Shown piece by piece: positions 8,870 through 19,917 of a stretch of 64,000 bases of DNA. The notes beneath the pieces are model-generated. The model did no database searches. It was not told the origin of the DNA and saw nothing but the letters and a program-made list of their open reading frames with translations. Each line of letters starts with the position of its first letter. Position 1 is the first letter of the stretch. The position numbers and the translations under genes were made by a program. The stretch comes from Escherichia coli. Lineage in GTDB: Bacteria > Pseudomonadota > Gammaproteobacteria > Enterobacterales > Enterobacteriaceae. The stretch lies in the NCBI RefSeq assembly GCF_965641715.1, contig NZ_OZ282453.1, one strand, 5' to 3'.

Positions 8870-11068
8870 TTATTTCCTGCGCAACAACCTTAACGCATTC
8901 GCCGTTACCAGCACCGTCGCACCCGTATCTGCCAGCACCGCCAGCCATAGTCCGGTCATTCCTAACAGCGTGGTGACGAGGAAGATCCCTTTCAGCCCCA
9001 GCGCAATAGTGATGTTCTGGCGGATATTGGCGTGAGTGGCGCGTGCCAGTTCAATCATTTGCACCAGACCGCGCAGGTGGTTATGGGTTAATGCTGCGTC
9101 GGCGGTTTCCAGCGCCACGTCTGTGCCGCTGCCCATTGCAATCCCGATGGCGGCAGCTTTCATCGCTGGCGCGTCGTTAATACCGTCACCGACCATCGCC
9201 AGCGGCGCATGTTGATTCAGCTCGGTCACCGCTTTGACTTTATCTTCCGGCAACAGGCCCGCTTTAAACTCCAGCCCCAGCTCCCCGGCAATTGCCGCCG
9301 CTGCGCGTGGATTATCGCCGGTGAGGATCACCCCTTTGACGCCCAGCGCGTTCAGTTCACTGATGGCAGTTGCAGCATCGGCGCGCAGGGTATCCTGTAA
9401 CGCAATGACACCAAGCACGTCATCGTTACGTACTACCAGCACTACCGTTTGCCCGGCGCTTTCCAGTTCGTTAATTAAACCAGCAAATGCATCAGCGGGA
9501 TGTTTCCCGGCAGCGCAAATCAATACGCGCTCACCGTTAACCTGCGCTTCAATGCCAGACCCGACCAGCGCCCGCTGTGATTCGGCGGCGGGAATGGCGA
9601 GTGCAGCAACCTGTGCTTCGCGCACGATGGCCTGCGCCAGTGGATGCGTCGCGCCTTGCTCGACCGCCGCCGCCAGTGTCAGCAGTTCAGATTCACTAAT
9701 ACCCGTTGCCGGATGAATCGCGGTAACGCGCGGTTTACCGACGGTCAGCGTACCGGTTTTATCAAACGCCACCTGGGTAACACGACCTAGCTGCTCCAGC
9801 GCCGCACCGCCTTTAATTAACGCCCCACGACGTGCCGCTGCTGCCAGCCCGGAGGTAATCACCGCGGGCGTGGAGATAACTAACGCACACGGGCAGCCAA
9901 TCAGCAGCAGCGTCAGCCCTTTATAAATCCACTCCTGCCAGCTTGCGGCAAACAGCAGCGGCGGCACCAGCGTTACCAGCAGGGCGACGGCCATAATTGC
10001 TGGCGTATAAATGCGGCTGAAACGGTCGATAAACCGCTCAATGGGGGCGCGGCGCTCTTCGGCTTCTTCGATCAGTTTCAGAATCCGGTCAATGGCGCTG
10101 GCACCCGGTTCTGACAGCACTTCCAGCGTTACCAGACGGTCTACGCTGGTGGCGCCTGCAGGAACTTTATCGCCCGTCGCGCGCTCCACCGGAATGGATT
10201 CTCCGGTCAGGGCGCTTTCATCAAAACTGGCAAACGGTGAGAGCAGTTTACCGTCGGCAGGCAAACGCCCACCTGCGGCGACTTCAATCACATCGCCAGG
10301 GCGCAGGCTGTTAATCGCCACCTCTTCCCGCTCACCGTTACGCAGGCGCGTGGCGGTTTCTGGTTTCAGCGCCATTAACGCGCTAACGCCCTGACGCGCG
10401 CGGCTGGCGGCCCAGCCTTCCAGTCGTTCACCAATCAAAAACAGCAGCAACACCATCGCAGCTTCAGCCGTTGCGCCAATAAACAGCGCACCAATAGCAG
10501 CTACGCTCATTAAGGTTTCAATGGCGAAGTAGCTGCCGGATTTGATCAGCCGTAATGCCTGACGAGCAATCGGGTACAGCCCAACCAGCGTGGTCGCGAT
10601 AAACGCCAGTTGCCCGAACGGATGATTGAACTGCTCCAGACCCCAGCTGATTGCCATCATCACGATTAGCGTAATCAGCGGCAGATTCTCTTTCAGGCGC
10701 GATTCTTGTGGCTCGTCGGCGGCCTGCTCATCGCGCAGGGAATAGCCCGCTTTTTGCACCGCAGATTCAACCTGGGCACGGATGTCATTGTCGGCATCAA
10801 CCACCAGTTTTTCGGTGGCGAACAGTACCTGCACCTGATTCACGCCTGCAAGCTGGCGCACGGCATTTTCTACCTTGCGCGCACAGGCGGCGCAGTCCAT
10901 GCCGCTGACTTTCCAGCTATAGCGGGTGCCGGAGACGTTTTCAGAGAGCGTTGGCGTGCTGGAACATGCGCCGTCGCAGCAACAGTCGTTGGCGTTCTGT
11001 ACCGTGGTTAGCGGTTTGAACGCAGCAAATTGAGGGGCTTTCTTGCCGTGATTGTCAGGAGTCGACAT
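8870..11068 (-). CDS. zntA: Zn/Cd/Pb-exporting P1B-type ATPase
   Basis: 732 aa; CxxC metal-binding motif (GMDCAAC), CPC, DKTGT phosphorylation site, GDGINDAP. Confidence 0.97.
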   Translation of the reverse strand: MSTPDNHGKKAPQFAAFKPLTTVQNANDCCCDGACSSTPTLSENVSGTRYSWKVSGMDCAACARKVENAVRQLAGVNQVQVLFATEKLVVDADNDIRAQVESAVQKAGYSLRDEQAADEPQESRLKENLPLITLIVMMAISWGLEQFNHPFGQLAFIATTLVGLYPIARQALRLIKSGSYFAIETLMSVAAIGALFIGATAEAAMVLLLFLIGERLEGWAASRARQGVSALMALKPETATRLRNGEREEVAINSLRPGDVIEVAAGGRLPADGKLLSPFASFDESALTGESIPVERATGDKVPAGATSVDRLVTLEVLSEPGASAIDRILKLIEEAEERRAPIERFIDRFSRIYTPAIMAVALLVTLVPPLLFAASWQEWIYKGLTLLLIGCPCALVISTPAVITSGLAAAARRGALIKGGAALEQLGRVTQVAFDKTGTLTVGKPRVTAIHPATGISESELLTLAAAVEQGATHPLAQAIVREAQVAALAIPAAESQRALVGSGIEAQVNGERVLICAAGKHPADAFAGLINELESAGQTVVLVVRNDDVLGVIALQDTLRADAATAISELNALGVKGVILTGDNPRAAAAIAGELGLEFKAGLLPEDKVKAVTELNQHAPLAMVGDGINDAPAMKAAAIGIAMGSGTDVALETADAALTHNHLRGLVQMIELARATHANIRQNITIALGLKGIFLVTTLLGMTGLWLAVLADTGATVLVTANALRLLRRK

Positions 11069-11102
11069 GGCATCCTCCGGTTAAGTTTTTTCTCATTAAC
11101 CG

Positions 11103-11136
11103 AAGGATACACTCTGGAGTCGACTCCAGAGTCAAG
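11103..11136 (-). promoter_or_regulatory. zntA promoter with ZntR (MerR-type) operator
   Basis: Perfect 22-bp palindrome ACTCTGGAGTCGACTCCAGAGT (11111..11132) between -35 TTGACT and a -10-like element, giving long MerR-type spacing. Confidence 0.8.
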
Positions 11137-11141
11137 TTTTA

Positions 11142-11768
11142 TCAGAGATACAGCGAGCGGACGATGAGGAAGTGACCGGCAAAGTAGCAGGCCGCAGCAA
11201 TCGCGTTATCCGCACGGAAGCGTCGGCGATAGTGGCTACCCAGCCAGACAAAGTTACTGATAAACAGCAACGAAGCGCCGACAAACGCGGAGAGCGCCGG
11301 AGCGGTCGGACGGAAGAACCACAGTTCACCTGCCAGCCACACCATCACCAGCGTCATGCCGATAAACGTGCAGATGGGCCAACGATACTCTTCCAGCCGC
11401 GTCCAGATAATCGCCAGTAACAGCGCGCCCAGAACCAGCAGTACCAACGGCAGAGGCCAGAAGAAAGAGAGCGTCATCTGACTGGCGAAATAGATGGTGT
11501 ACAGCAGGTGCGAGAGGAAAAACGCGCCGATGGCGTACATCAGACGTTGACGTGGCAACAGGGTTAGCGCATCGCCCAGCAGTGAGGCGCACAGCCCCGC
11601 CAGCACCAGATAGCTAATGGCGTCGAACATCGGCGCTTGCCAGGCCAGTAACAACAGGAGAAGAAGGGTTAACGGTTTAAACACCCAGCGTTGCCAGGTT
11701 GGCCCACGATACGATGCATCCACAGATAGCCATGCGGAAAGACAGACAGCGATAAACGACCAAAGCAT
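11142..11768 (-). CDS. yhhN: YhhN/TMEM86-family membrane protein
   Basis: 208-aa polytopic membrane ORF; position conserved upstream of zntA. Confidence 0.85.
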
Positions 11769-11908
11769 CTTAGTTCCTTGAATTCGTTATTTTTTCGTAG
11801 GCGGAATGCCTACGGTCTTGCTTCCAGTTTAGTGGCGAGGGTGGACGGATGACAACACCATAACTGGCAGGGTATGCTTAATTCCGCATTTTCCGATGAG
11901 GGATAAAG

Positions 11909-12268
11909 ATGAGCAAACCACCTCTTTTCTTTATTGTTATCATTGGCTTAATCATCGTCGCCGCATCGTTTCGTTTTATGCAACAGCGACGGGAAAAAGC
12001 TGATAATGATATGGCACCGCTCCAGCAAAAGCTGGTGGTGGTGAGCAACAAGCGGGAAAAACCGATTAACGATCGCCGTTCGCGCCAGCAGGAAGTGACT
12101 CCGGCAGGCACCAGTATGCGCTATGAGGCAAGCTTCAAACCGCAAAGCGGAGGAATGGAGCAGACGTTTCGCCTCGACGCCCAGCAGTACCACGCCCTGA
12201 CAGTGGGCGATAAAGGTACGCTGAGCTATAAAGGAACGCGCTTTGTTAGCTTTGTTGGCGAACAATAA
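11909..12268 (+). CDS. yhhM: DUF2500-family protein
   Basis: 119 aa with N-terminal TM segment; synteny. Confidence 0.8.
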   Translation: MSKPPLFFIVIIGLIIVAASFRFMQQRREKADNDMAPLQQKLVVVSNKREKPINDRRSRQQEVTPAGTSMRYEASFKPQSGGMEQTFRLDAQQYHALTVGDKGTLSYKGTRFVSFVGEQ

Positions 12269-12270
12269 GG

Positions 12271-12540
12271 TTATTTTTTAACTTTAAATTTCTTCTGCCA
12301 GACCAGCAGTTCAAACACGCCGAAAAGGAAAATCCGCACCTTTTCGGCGGTGGTCATCTGCGGGCCATCTTTCGGTAAAGTGGATTTCAATAGCGCCAGC
12401 TGCATACCATGCATCAGCACGGTAAAAATCAGCGCCACGTTAACGAAGATATTCAGCGGGCGTGGGAAGGGATGCACCAGGTTGAGGATTAAAAATCCCC
12501 AAACGCAGAGCATTAACAAACGACCAATATTAATCAGCAT
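12271..12540 (-). CDS. yhhL: DUF1145-family small membrane protein
   Basis: ORF 12271..12663; internal start MLINIGRLLML gives 89 aa; 11-bp overlap with rsmD. Confidence 0.75.
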   Translation of the reverse strand: MLINIGRLLMLCVWGFLILNLVHPFPRPLNIFVNVALIFTVLMHGMQLALLKSTLPKDGPQMTTAEKVRIFLFGVFELLVWQKKFKVKK

Positions 12541-13126
12541 CACTTTCTCCTTGTGCTTCGCGTTGATACAGCCGATAAGCCACCTGACCCGCCACTTTTT
12601 CCCGATGTAATGACCAGTTTGCCGGAACAGTGGGCAGACCGTTTTCGACTTCGCTTTCGACATAAATCAGGGCTTCGTCAGCCAGCCAGCCGTTATCTTC
12701 CAGTAAATTTATCGTCTCTTCTAACAAGCCACGGCGGAACGGTGGATCGACAAACACGATATTATGCGGTGTGCCTTTTTGCGCCAGGAATGACATCGCG
12801 TTGCTGTTCACCACGCGTGCATTGCCTGCTTTTAGTGTCGCCAGATTCTTAATTAACTGCTGAGAAACCGCGCGATCCATCTCAATCAACGTGGCCCCCG
12901 CAGCGTAGCGTGATAACGCTTCCAGTCCCAGCGCGCCGCTTCCGGCGAAGCAATCCAGACATTGGGCGTCAACAATGACCGGAGCCAGCCAGTTAAACAA
13001 CGTTTCGCGTACGCGGTCGGTGGTGGGGCGCAGACCTGGGCTATCAGGAACCGGGAGTTTACGGCCTCGCCACTGCCCGCCAATAATGCGGATTTGGCCG
13101 CTGCCGGAATGATTCGGTTTTTTCAT
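12530..13126 (-). CDS. rsmD: 16S rRNA m2G966 methyltransferase
   Basis: 198 aa; DPPF motif (VFVDPPFRRG); divergent from ftsY. Confidence 0.9.
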   Translation of the reverse strand: MKKPNHSGSGQIRIIGGQWRGRKLPVPDSPGLRPTTDRVRETLFNWLAPVIVDAQCLDCFAGSGALGLEALSRYAAGATLIEMDRAVSQQLIKNLATLKAGNARVVNSNAMSFLAQKGTPHNIVFVDPPFRRGLLEETINLLEDNGWLADEALIYVESEVENGLPTVPANWSLHREKVAGQVAYRLYQREAQGESDAD

Positions 13127-13275
13127 GATAAATTGCTCAATCCGCCAGATAACACATACTTGCAGGCGGTGATGTGAATTAAGTTAAGTGATAGACTATT
13201 TCATCATTTTTTTAGCTGCTATGTACATAGCGTTAACGCTGTGCCATGAAGCAACAGCGAGGAGTGTAGTCGCAA

Positions 13276-14772
13276 ATGGCGAAAGAAAAAAAACGTGGCT
13301 TTTTTTCCTGGCTGGGCTTTGGTCAAAAAGAGCAGACCCCGGAAAAAGAGACAGAAGTTCAGAATGAACAACCGGTTGTAGAAGAAATCGTTCAGGCGCA
13401 AGAGCCTGTGAAGGCTTCGGAACAAGCCGTTGAAGAGCAGCCGCAGGCGCATACTGAAGCCGAGGCGGAAACTTTTGCTGCCGACGTTGTGGAAGTCACT
13501 GAACAGGTAGCTGAAAGTGAAAAAGCGCAGCCTGAAGCGGAAGTCGTTGCACAGCCGGAACCGGTCGTAGAAGAAACGCCGGAGCCAGTGGCTATCGAAC
13601 GTGAAGAGCTGCCGTTGCCGGAAGACGTCAACGCCGAAGAGGTTTCGCCAGAAGAGTGGCAGGCTGAAGCGGAAACCGTAGAGATTGTCGAAGCGGCGGA
13701 AGAAGAAGCGGCTAAAGAAGAAATTACCGACGAAGAGCTGGAAACACAGGCGCTGGCTGCCGAAGCGGCAGAAGAGGCGGTGATGGTGGTTCCTCCGGCA
13801 GAAGAAGAGCAGCCGGTGGAAGAAATCGCTCAGGAGCAGGAAAAACCGACCAAAGAAGGTTTTTTCGCGCGCCTGAAACGCAGCCTGTTAAAAACCAAAG
13901 AAAATCTCGGTTCCGGATTTATCAGCCTGTTCCGCGGTAAAAAAATCGACGATGATCTTTTTGAAGAGCTGGAAGAACAGCTGTTGATCGCCGATGTGGG
14001 CGTGGAAACCACACGTAAAATTATCACCAATCTGACGGAAGGCGCATCCCGCAAGCAGCTTCGTGATGCCGAGGCGCTCTATGGCCTGCTGAAAGAAGAG
14101 ATGGGCGAGATTCTGGCGAAAGTCGATGAGCCGCTGAATGTTGAAGGTAAAACGCCGTTCGTGATCCTGATGGTGGGCGTCAACGGTGTGGGTAAAACCA
14201 CGACGATTGGTAAGCTGGCGCGTCAGTTTGAGCAGCAGGGTAAATCGGTGATGCTGGCGGCGGGCGATACTTTCCGTGCAGCAGCGGTTGAACAGCTTCA
14301 GGTCTGGGGTCAGCGCAACAATATTCCGGTGATTGCCCAGCATACCGGTGCGGATTCCGCCTCTGTTATCTTCGACGCCATTCAGGCAGCTAAAGCGCGT
14401 AATATCGACGTCCTGATTGCCGATACCGCCGGACGTCTGCAGAACAAATCGCATCTGATGGAAGAGTTGAAGAAAATCGTCCGCGTGATGAAGAAACTCG
14501 ACGTTGAAGCGCCGCATGAAGTTATGCTGACTATCGATGCCAGCACCGGGCAGAACGCGGTAAGCCAGGCCAAACTGTTCCACGAAGCCGTTGGCTTAAC
14601 CGGCATCACGCTAACGAAACTGGACGGCACGGCGAAAGGCGGGGTAATTTTCTCGGTGGCTGACCAGTTTGGTATCCCTATCCGCTACATTGGTGTCGGC
14701 GAACGTATTGAGGATTTGCGTCCGTTTAAGGCGGACGACTTTATAGAGGCACTTTTTGCCCGAGAGGATTAA
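13276..14772 (+). CDS. ftsY: Signal recognition particle receptor
   Basis: 498 aa; acidic Glu-rich N-terminal domain plus SRP GTPase domain (GVNGVGKTTT, DTAGR). Confidence 0.97.
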   Translation: MAKEKKRGFFSWLGFGQKEQTPEKETEVQNEQPVVEEIVQAQEPVKASEQAVEEQPQAHTEAEAETFAADVVEVTEQVAESEKAQPEAEVVAQPEPVVEETPEPVAIEREELPLPEDVNAEEVSPEEWQAEAETVEIVEAAEEEAAKEEITDEELETQALAAEAAEEAVMVVPPAEEEQPVEEIAQEQEKPTKEGFFARLKRSLLKTKENLGSGFISLFRGKKIDDDLFEELEEQLLIADVGVETTRKIITNLTEGASRKQLRDAEALYGLLKEEMGEILAKVDEPLNVEGKTPFVILMVGVNGVGKTTTIGKLARQFEQQGKSVMLAAGDTFRAAAVEQLQVWGQRNNIPVIAQHTGADSASVIFDAIQAAKARNIDVLIADTAGRLQNKSHLMEELKKIVRVMKKLDVEAPHEVMLTIDASTGQNAVSQAKLFHEAVGLTGITLTKLDGTAKGGVIFSVADQFGIPIRYIGVGERIEDLRPFKADDFIEALFARED

Positions 14773-14774
14773 CA

Positions 14775-15443
14775 ATGATTCGCTTTGAACATGTCAGCAA
14801 GGCTTATCTCGGTGGGAGACAGGCGCTGCAGGGCGTTACGTTCCATATGCAGCCGGGTGAGATGGCGTTTCTGACCGGTCATTCCGGCGCAGGGAAAAGT
14901 ACCCTCCTGAAGCTGATCTGTGGGATTGAGCGGCCCAGCGCCGGGAAAATCTGGTTTAGCGGCCATGACATCACGCGTCTGAAAAACCGTGAAGTTCCGT
15001 TTCTGCGCCGCCAGATTGGCATGATTTTCCAGGATCACCATCTACTGATGGACCGTACTGTCTACGATAACGTGGCGATCCCGCTGATTATCGCCGGCGC
15101 CAGCGGTGACGATATTCGTCGCCGGGTGTCGGCGGCGCTGGATAAAGTCGGGCTACTGGACAAAGCGAAGAACTTCCCTATTCAGCTTTCCGGCGGTGAA
15201 CAACAGCGTGTTGGCATTGCCCGCGCGGTGGTGAACAAGCCCGCGGTACTGCTGGCGGACGAACCGACCGGTAACCTGGACGACGCGTTGTCGGAAGGAA
15301 TTCTACGTCTGTTTGAAGAGTTTAACCGCGTTGGGGTAACCGTATTGATGGCAACGCACGACATCAACCTGATTTCACGGCGTTCCTATCGCATGCTCAC
15401 CCTGAGCGATGGTCACTTGCATGGAGGCGTGGGCCATGAATAA
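14775..15443 (+). CDS. ftsE: Cell-division ABC transporter ATPase
   Basis: 222 aa; Walker [10 protein letters not shown], signature LSGGEQQR. Confidence 0.97.
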
Positions 15444-16494
15444 GCGCGATGCAATCAATCATATCCGGCAGTTTGGAGGGCGTCTGGATCGCTTCCGTAA
15501 ATCGGTCGGCGGCTCTGGCGACGGCGGTCGTAACGCACCGAAACGCGCGAAATCCTCGCCAAAACCGGTAAATCGCAAAACCAACGTTTTCAACGAACAG
15601 GTGCGCTATGCCTTCCACGGCGCATTGCAGGATCTGAAAAGCAAACCGTTCGCCACGTTTTTAACGGTGATGGTTATCGCCATCTCCCTGACGCTGCCCA
15701 GTGTCTGTTATATGGTGTACAAAAACGTTAACCAGGCGGCGACGCAGTATTATCCGTCACCGCAAATCACTGTTTATCTGCAAAAAACGCTGGACGATGA
15801 CGCCGCTGCGGGCGTGGTGGCACAGTTGCAGGCCGAGCAAGGCGTGGAGAAAGTGAACTATCTTTCTCGTGAAGACGCACTGGGCGAGTTCCGTAACTGG
15901 TCTGGTTTTGGTGGTGCGCTGGATATGCTGGAAGAAAACCCGCTTCCGGCAGTGGCGGTGGTGATCCCGAAACTCGATTTTCAGGGGACGGAATCACTCA
16001 ATACGCTGCGTGATCGTATCACGCAGATTAACGGCATTGACGAAGTGCGGATGGATGACAGCTGGTTTGCCCGTCTGGCGGCGTTGACCGGGCTGGTCGG
16101 GCGCGTTTCGGCGATGATCGGCGTGTTGATGGTGGCGGCAGTGTTCCTCGTCATCGGTAACAGTGTACGCCTGAGTATCTTTGCTCGTCGTGACTCCATT
16201 AACGTGCAGAAACTGATTGGTGCAACGGATGGTTTCATCCTGCGCCCGTTCCTGTACGGTGGCGCATTGCTGGGGTTTTCTGGCGCATTGTTGTCACTAA
16301 TTTTGTCAGAAATTCTGGTACTGCGATTGTCATCGGCGGTTGCGGAAGTGGCACAGGTTTTCGGAACGAAGTTTGATATCAATGGCTTATCGTTCGATGA
16401 ATGCCTGCTATTGCTGCTGGTATGCTCGATGATTGGCTGGGTGGCAGCGTGGCTTGCCACGGTACAACATTTACGCCACTTTACGCCTGAATAA
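15436..16494 (+). CDS. ftsX: Cell-division ABC transporter permease-like protein
   Basis: ORF 15409..16494; start MNKRDAINH overlaps ftsE stop. Confidence 0.95.
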
Positions 16495-16611
16495 TAAAAG
16501 CGTGTTATACTCTTTCCCTGCAATGGGTTCCGTAGCAGGGAAAGAGACCCCGTTGTCTCTTCCCGGTATTTCATCTCTATGTCACATTTTGTGCGTAATT
16601 TATTCACAAGC

Positions 16612-16650
16612 TTGCATTGAACTTGTGGATAAAATCACGGTCTGATAAAA
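16612..16650 (+). promoter_or_regulatory. rpoH upstream region: sigma-E-type promoter plus DnaA box
   Basis: -35 GAACTT (16619..16624), 16-bp spacer, -10 TCTGA (16641..16645); TGTGGATAA (16624..16632) is the reverse complement of a DnaA box. Confidence 0.7.
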
Positions 16651-16738
16651 CAGTGAATGATAACCTCGTTGCTCTTAAGCTCTGGCACAGTTGTTGCTAC
16701 CACTGAAGCGCCAGAAGATATCGATTGAGAGGATTTGA

Positions 16739-17593
16739 ATGACTGACAAAATGCAAAGTTTAGCTTTAGCCCCAGTTGGCAACCTGGATTCCTACATCCG
16801 GGCAGCTAACGCGTGGCCGATGTTGTCGGCTGACGAGGAGCGGGCGCTGGCTGAAAAGCTGCATTACCATGGCGATCTGGAAGCAGCTAAAACGCTGATC
16901 CTGTCTCACCTGCGGTTTGTTGTTCATATTGCTCGTAATTATGCGGGCTATGGCCTGCCACAGGCGGATTTGATTCAGGAAGGTAACATCGGCCTGATGA
17001 AAGCAGTGCGCCGTTTCAACCCGGAAGTGGGTGTGCGCCTGGTCTCCTTCGCCGTTCACTGGATCAAAGCAGAGATCCACGAATACGTTCTGCGTAACTG
17101 GCGTATCGTCAAAGTTGCGACCACCAAAGCGCAGCGCAAACTGTTCTTCAACCTGCGTAAAACCAAGCAGCGTTTGGGCTGGTTTAACCAGGATGAAGTC
17201 GAAATGGTGGCCCGTGAACTGGGCGTAACCAGCAAAGACGTACGTGAGATGGAATCACGTATGGCGGCACAGGACATGACCTTTGACCTGTCTTCCGACG
17301 ACGATTCCGACAGCCAACCGATGGCACCGGTGCTCTATCTGCAGGATAAATCATCTAACTTTGCCGACGGCATTGAAGATGATAACTGGGAAGAGCAGGC
17401 AGCAAACCGTCTGACCGACGCGATGCAGGGTCTGGACGAACGCAGCCAGGACATCATCCGTGCGCGCTGGCTGGACGAAGACAACAAGTCCACGTTGCAG
17501 GAACTGGCTGACCGTTACGGTGTTTCCGCTGAGCGTGTGCGCCAGCTGGAAAAGAACGCGATGAAAAAACTGCGCGCTGCTATAGAAGCGTAA
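16739..17593 (+). CDS. rpoH: RNA polymerase sigma-32 (heat-shock sigma factor)
   Basis: 284 aa; conserved sigma-70-family regions. Confidence 0.98.
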   Translation: MTDKMQSLALAPVGNLDSYIRAANAWPMLSADEERALAEKLHYHGDLEAAKTLILSHLRFVVHIARNYAGYGLPQADLIQEGNIGLMKAVRRFNPEVGVRLVSFAVHWIKAEIHEYVLRNWRIVKVATTKAQRKLFFNLRKTKQRLGWFNQDEVEMVARELGVTSKDVREMESRMAAQDMTFDLSSDDDSDSQPMAPVLYLQDKSSNFADGIEDDNWEEQAANRLTDAMQGLDERSQDIIRARWLDEDNKSTLQELADRYGVSAERVRQLEKNAMKKLRAAIEA

Positions 17594-17612
17594 TTTCCGC
17601 TATTAAGCAGAG

Positions 17613-17647
17613 AACCCTGGATGCGAGTCCGGGGTTTTTGTTTTTTG
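17613..17647 (+). terminator. Rho-independent terminator of rpoH
   Basis: Hairpin accctggatgcgagtccggggt followed by TTTTTGTTTTTT. Confidence 0.7.
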
Positions 17648-17863
17648 GGCCTCTACAATAATCAATTTCCCCTCCGGCAAAACGCCAATCCCCACGCAGA
17701 TTGTTAATAAACTGTCAAAATAGCTATTCCAATATCATAAAAATCGGGTATGTTTTAGCAGAGTATGCTGCTAAAGCACGGGTAGTCATGCATAAAACGA
17801 AATAAAGTGCTGAACAACAACATCACAACACACGTAATAACCAGAAGAATGGGGATTCTCAGG

Positions 17864-18967
17864 ATGAACATAAAGGGTAAAGCGTTACTGGCAGGATGTA
17901 TCGCGCTGGCATTCAGCAATATGGCTCTGGCAGAAGATATTAAAGTCGCGGTCGTGGGCGCAATGTCCGGTCCGGTTGCGCAGTACGGTGACCAGGAGTT
18001 TACCGGCGCAGAGCAGGCGGTTGCGGATATCAACGCTAAAGGCGGCATTAAAGGCAACAAACTGCAAATCGTAAAATATGACGATGCCTGTGACCCGAAA
18101 CAGGCGGTTGCGGTGGCGAACAAAGTCGTTAACGACGGCATTAAATATGTGATTGGTCACCTCTGTTCTTCATCAACGCAGCCTGCGTCTGACATCTACG
18201 AAGACGAAGGCATTTTAATGATCACCCCAGCGGCAACCGCGCCGGAGCTGACCGCCCGTGGCTATCAGCTGATCCTGCGCACCACCGGCCTGGACTCCGA
18301 CCAGGGGCCGACGGCGGCGAAATATATTCTTGAGAAAGTGAAACCGCAGCGTATTGCTATCGTTCACGACAAACAGCAATACGGCGAAGGTCTGGCGCGA
18401 GCGGTGCAGGACGGCCTGAAGAAAGGCAATGCTAACGTGGTGTTCTTTGATGGTATCACCGCCGGGGAAAAAGATTTCTCAACGCTGGTGGCGCGTCTGA
18501 AAAAAGAGAATATCGACTTCGTTTACTACGGCGGTTATCACCCGGAAATGGGGCAAATCCTGCGTCAGGCACGCGCGGCAGGGCTGAAAACTCAGTTTAT
18601 GGGGCCGGAAGGTGTGGCTAACGTTTCGCTGTCTAACATTGCGGGCGAATCAGCGGAAGGGCTGCTGGTGACCAAGCCGAAGAACTACGATCAGGTTCCG
18701 GCGAACAAACCCATTGTTGACGCGATCAAAGCGAAAAAACAGGACCCAAGTGGCGCGTTCGTCTGGACCACCTACGCCGCGCTGCAATCTTTGCAGGCGG
18801 GCCTGAATCAGTCTGACGATCCGGCTGAGATCGCCAAATACCTGAAAGCGAACTCGGTTGATACCGTGATGGGTTCGCTGACGTGGGATGAGAAAGGTGA
18901 TCTGAAAGGCTTTGAGTTCGGTGTGTTTGACTGGCACGCCAACGGCACGGCGACCGATGCGAAGTAA
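17864..18967 (+). CDS. livJ: Leu/Ile/Val periplasmic binding protein
   Basis: ORF 17807..18967; start [23 protein letters not shown] (signal peptide). Confidence 0.95.
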   Translation: MNIKGKALLAGCIALAFSNMALAEDIKVAVVGAMSGPVAQYGDQEFTGAEQAVADINAKGGIKGNKLQIVKYDDACDPKQAVAVANKVVNDGIKYVIGHLCSSSTQPASDIYEDEGILMITPAATAPELTARGYQLILRTTGLDSDQGPTAAKYILEKVKPQRIAIVHDKQQYGEGLARAVQDGLKKGNANVVFFDGITAGEKDFSTLVARLKKENIDFVYYGGYHPEMGQILRQARAAGLKTQFMGPEGVANVSLSNIAGESAEGLLVTKPKNYDQVPANKPIVDAIKAKKQDPSGAFVWTTYAALQSLQAGLNQSDDPAEIAKYLKANSVDTVMGSLTWDEKGDLKGFEFGVFDWHANGTATDAK

Positions 18968-18985
18968 CGGATAGATAAATGAAAA

Positions 18986-19019
18986 TGCCCGATGCGCTTA
19001 ACGTCCATCGGGTTTTTTT
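18986..19019 (+). terminator. Rho-independent terminator of livJ
   Basis: Hairpin gcccgatgcgcttaacgtccatcgggt plus T-run. Confidence 0.7.
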
Positions 19020-19116
19020 ATGTTTGTCGAAATGGTTGTAGAAAGATTAAACAATCCAGGATATGCTTATTGTACGGTGATGTGCCGTACATATTATACG
19101 GAGCAGGAGAGTTCAC

Positions 19117-19383
19117 ATGTCTGCTGTTAAAAAGCAGCGTATCGATCTGCGTTTAACTGACGATGACAAAAGTATGATTGAGGAAGCGGCAGCGATATCT
19201 AATCAGTCCGTCAGCCAATTTATGTTGAACAGCGCTTCGCAGCGGGCTGCGGAAGTGATTGAACAGCATCGGCGGGTGATCCTCAATGAGGAATCCTGGA
19301 CGCGGGTGATGGATGCGCTGAGTAATCCACCGTCACCAGGTGAAAAGCTAAAACGTGCGGTAAAACGTCTTCAGGGAATGTAA
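19117..19383 (+). CDS. ataR: DUF1778-type antitoxin of a GNAT toxin-antitoxin pair (88 aa)
   Basis: Small protein immediately upstream (6-bp gap) of a GNAT gene; symbol assigned from memory of the O157:H7 AtaR-AtaT locus. Confidence 0.7.
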   Translation: MSAVKKQRIDLRLTDDDKSMIEEAAAISNQSVSQFMLNSASQRAAEVIEQHRRVILNEESWTRVMDALSNPPSPGEKLKRAVKRLQGM

Positions 19384-19389
19384 TAATTT

Positions 19390-19917
19390 ATGGATGATCT
19401 GACGATAGAGATTCTGACCGATGATGCAGATTATGATCTACAGCGATTCGACTGCGGCGAGGAAGCGTTAAATCTCTTTCTGACGACACATCTCGTTCGT
19501 CAACATCGCAACAAAATTCTGCGAGCGTATATCCTTTGTCGCAACACTCCAGAACGTCAGGTGCTGGGATATTACACATTATCCGGCAGTTGTTTTGAAC
19601 GAGCCGCATTGCCCTCGAAATCGAAACAGAAAAAAATTCCCTACAAAAATATTCCCAGCGTCACTCTTGGGCGTCTGGCAATTGATCGTTCATTACAGGG
19701 GCAGGGATGGGGAGCAACACTGGTTGCTCATGCCATGAAAGTCGTCTGGTCAGCCTCTTTAGCGGTAGGTATTCACGGTCTTTTTGTCGAGGCGCTGAAT
19801 GAAAAAGCCCATACGTTTTATAAATCGCTGGGCTTTATCCCTTTAGTCGGGGAAAACGAAAATGCGTTATTTTTCCCAACCAAATCCATTGAACTGCTTT
19901 TTACACAGAGCGATTAA
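19390..19917 (+). CDS. ataT: GNAT-family tRNA-acetylating toxin (175 aa)
   Basis: GNAT acetyl-CoA motif region (QGQGWGATLV); paired with upstream antitoxin-like gene. Confidence 0.7.
   Translation: MDDLTIEILTDDADYDLQRFDCGEEALNLFLTTHLVRQHRNKILRAYILCRNTPERQVLGYYTLSGSCFERAALPSKSKQKKIPYKNIPSVTLGRLAIDRSLQGQGWGATLVAHAMKVVWSASLAVGIHGLFVEALNEKAHTFYKSLGFIPLVGENENALFFPTKSIELLFTQSD

Noticed and set aside
9234-9716. Multiple plus-strand ORFs inside zntA (including a 160-aa Ala/Ser-rich one)
   Set aside because: Low-complexity translation of the antisense strand of a GC-rich P-type ATPase gene; zntA itself is full-length with all motifs.
13330-13860. Glu/Ala-rich low-complexity repeats in the 5' third of ftsY
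   Set aside because: This is the normal acidic N-terminal domain of FtsY, not a repeat element or mobile insertion.
13888-14583. 231-aa minus-strand ORF antisense to ftsY
   Set aside because: Falls within the conserved ftsY GTPase domain; shadow ORF.
15981-16607. 208-aa minus-strand ORF antisense to ftsX extending into the rpoH promoter region
   Set aside because: Antisense to conserved ftsX; would overlap the known rpoH regulatory region.
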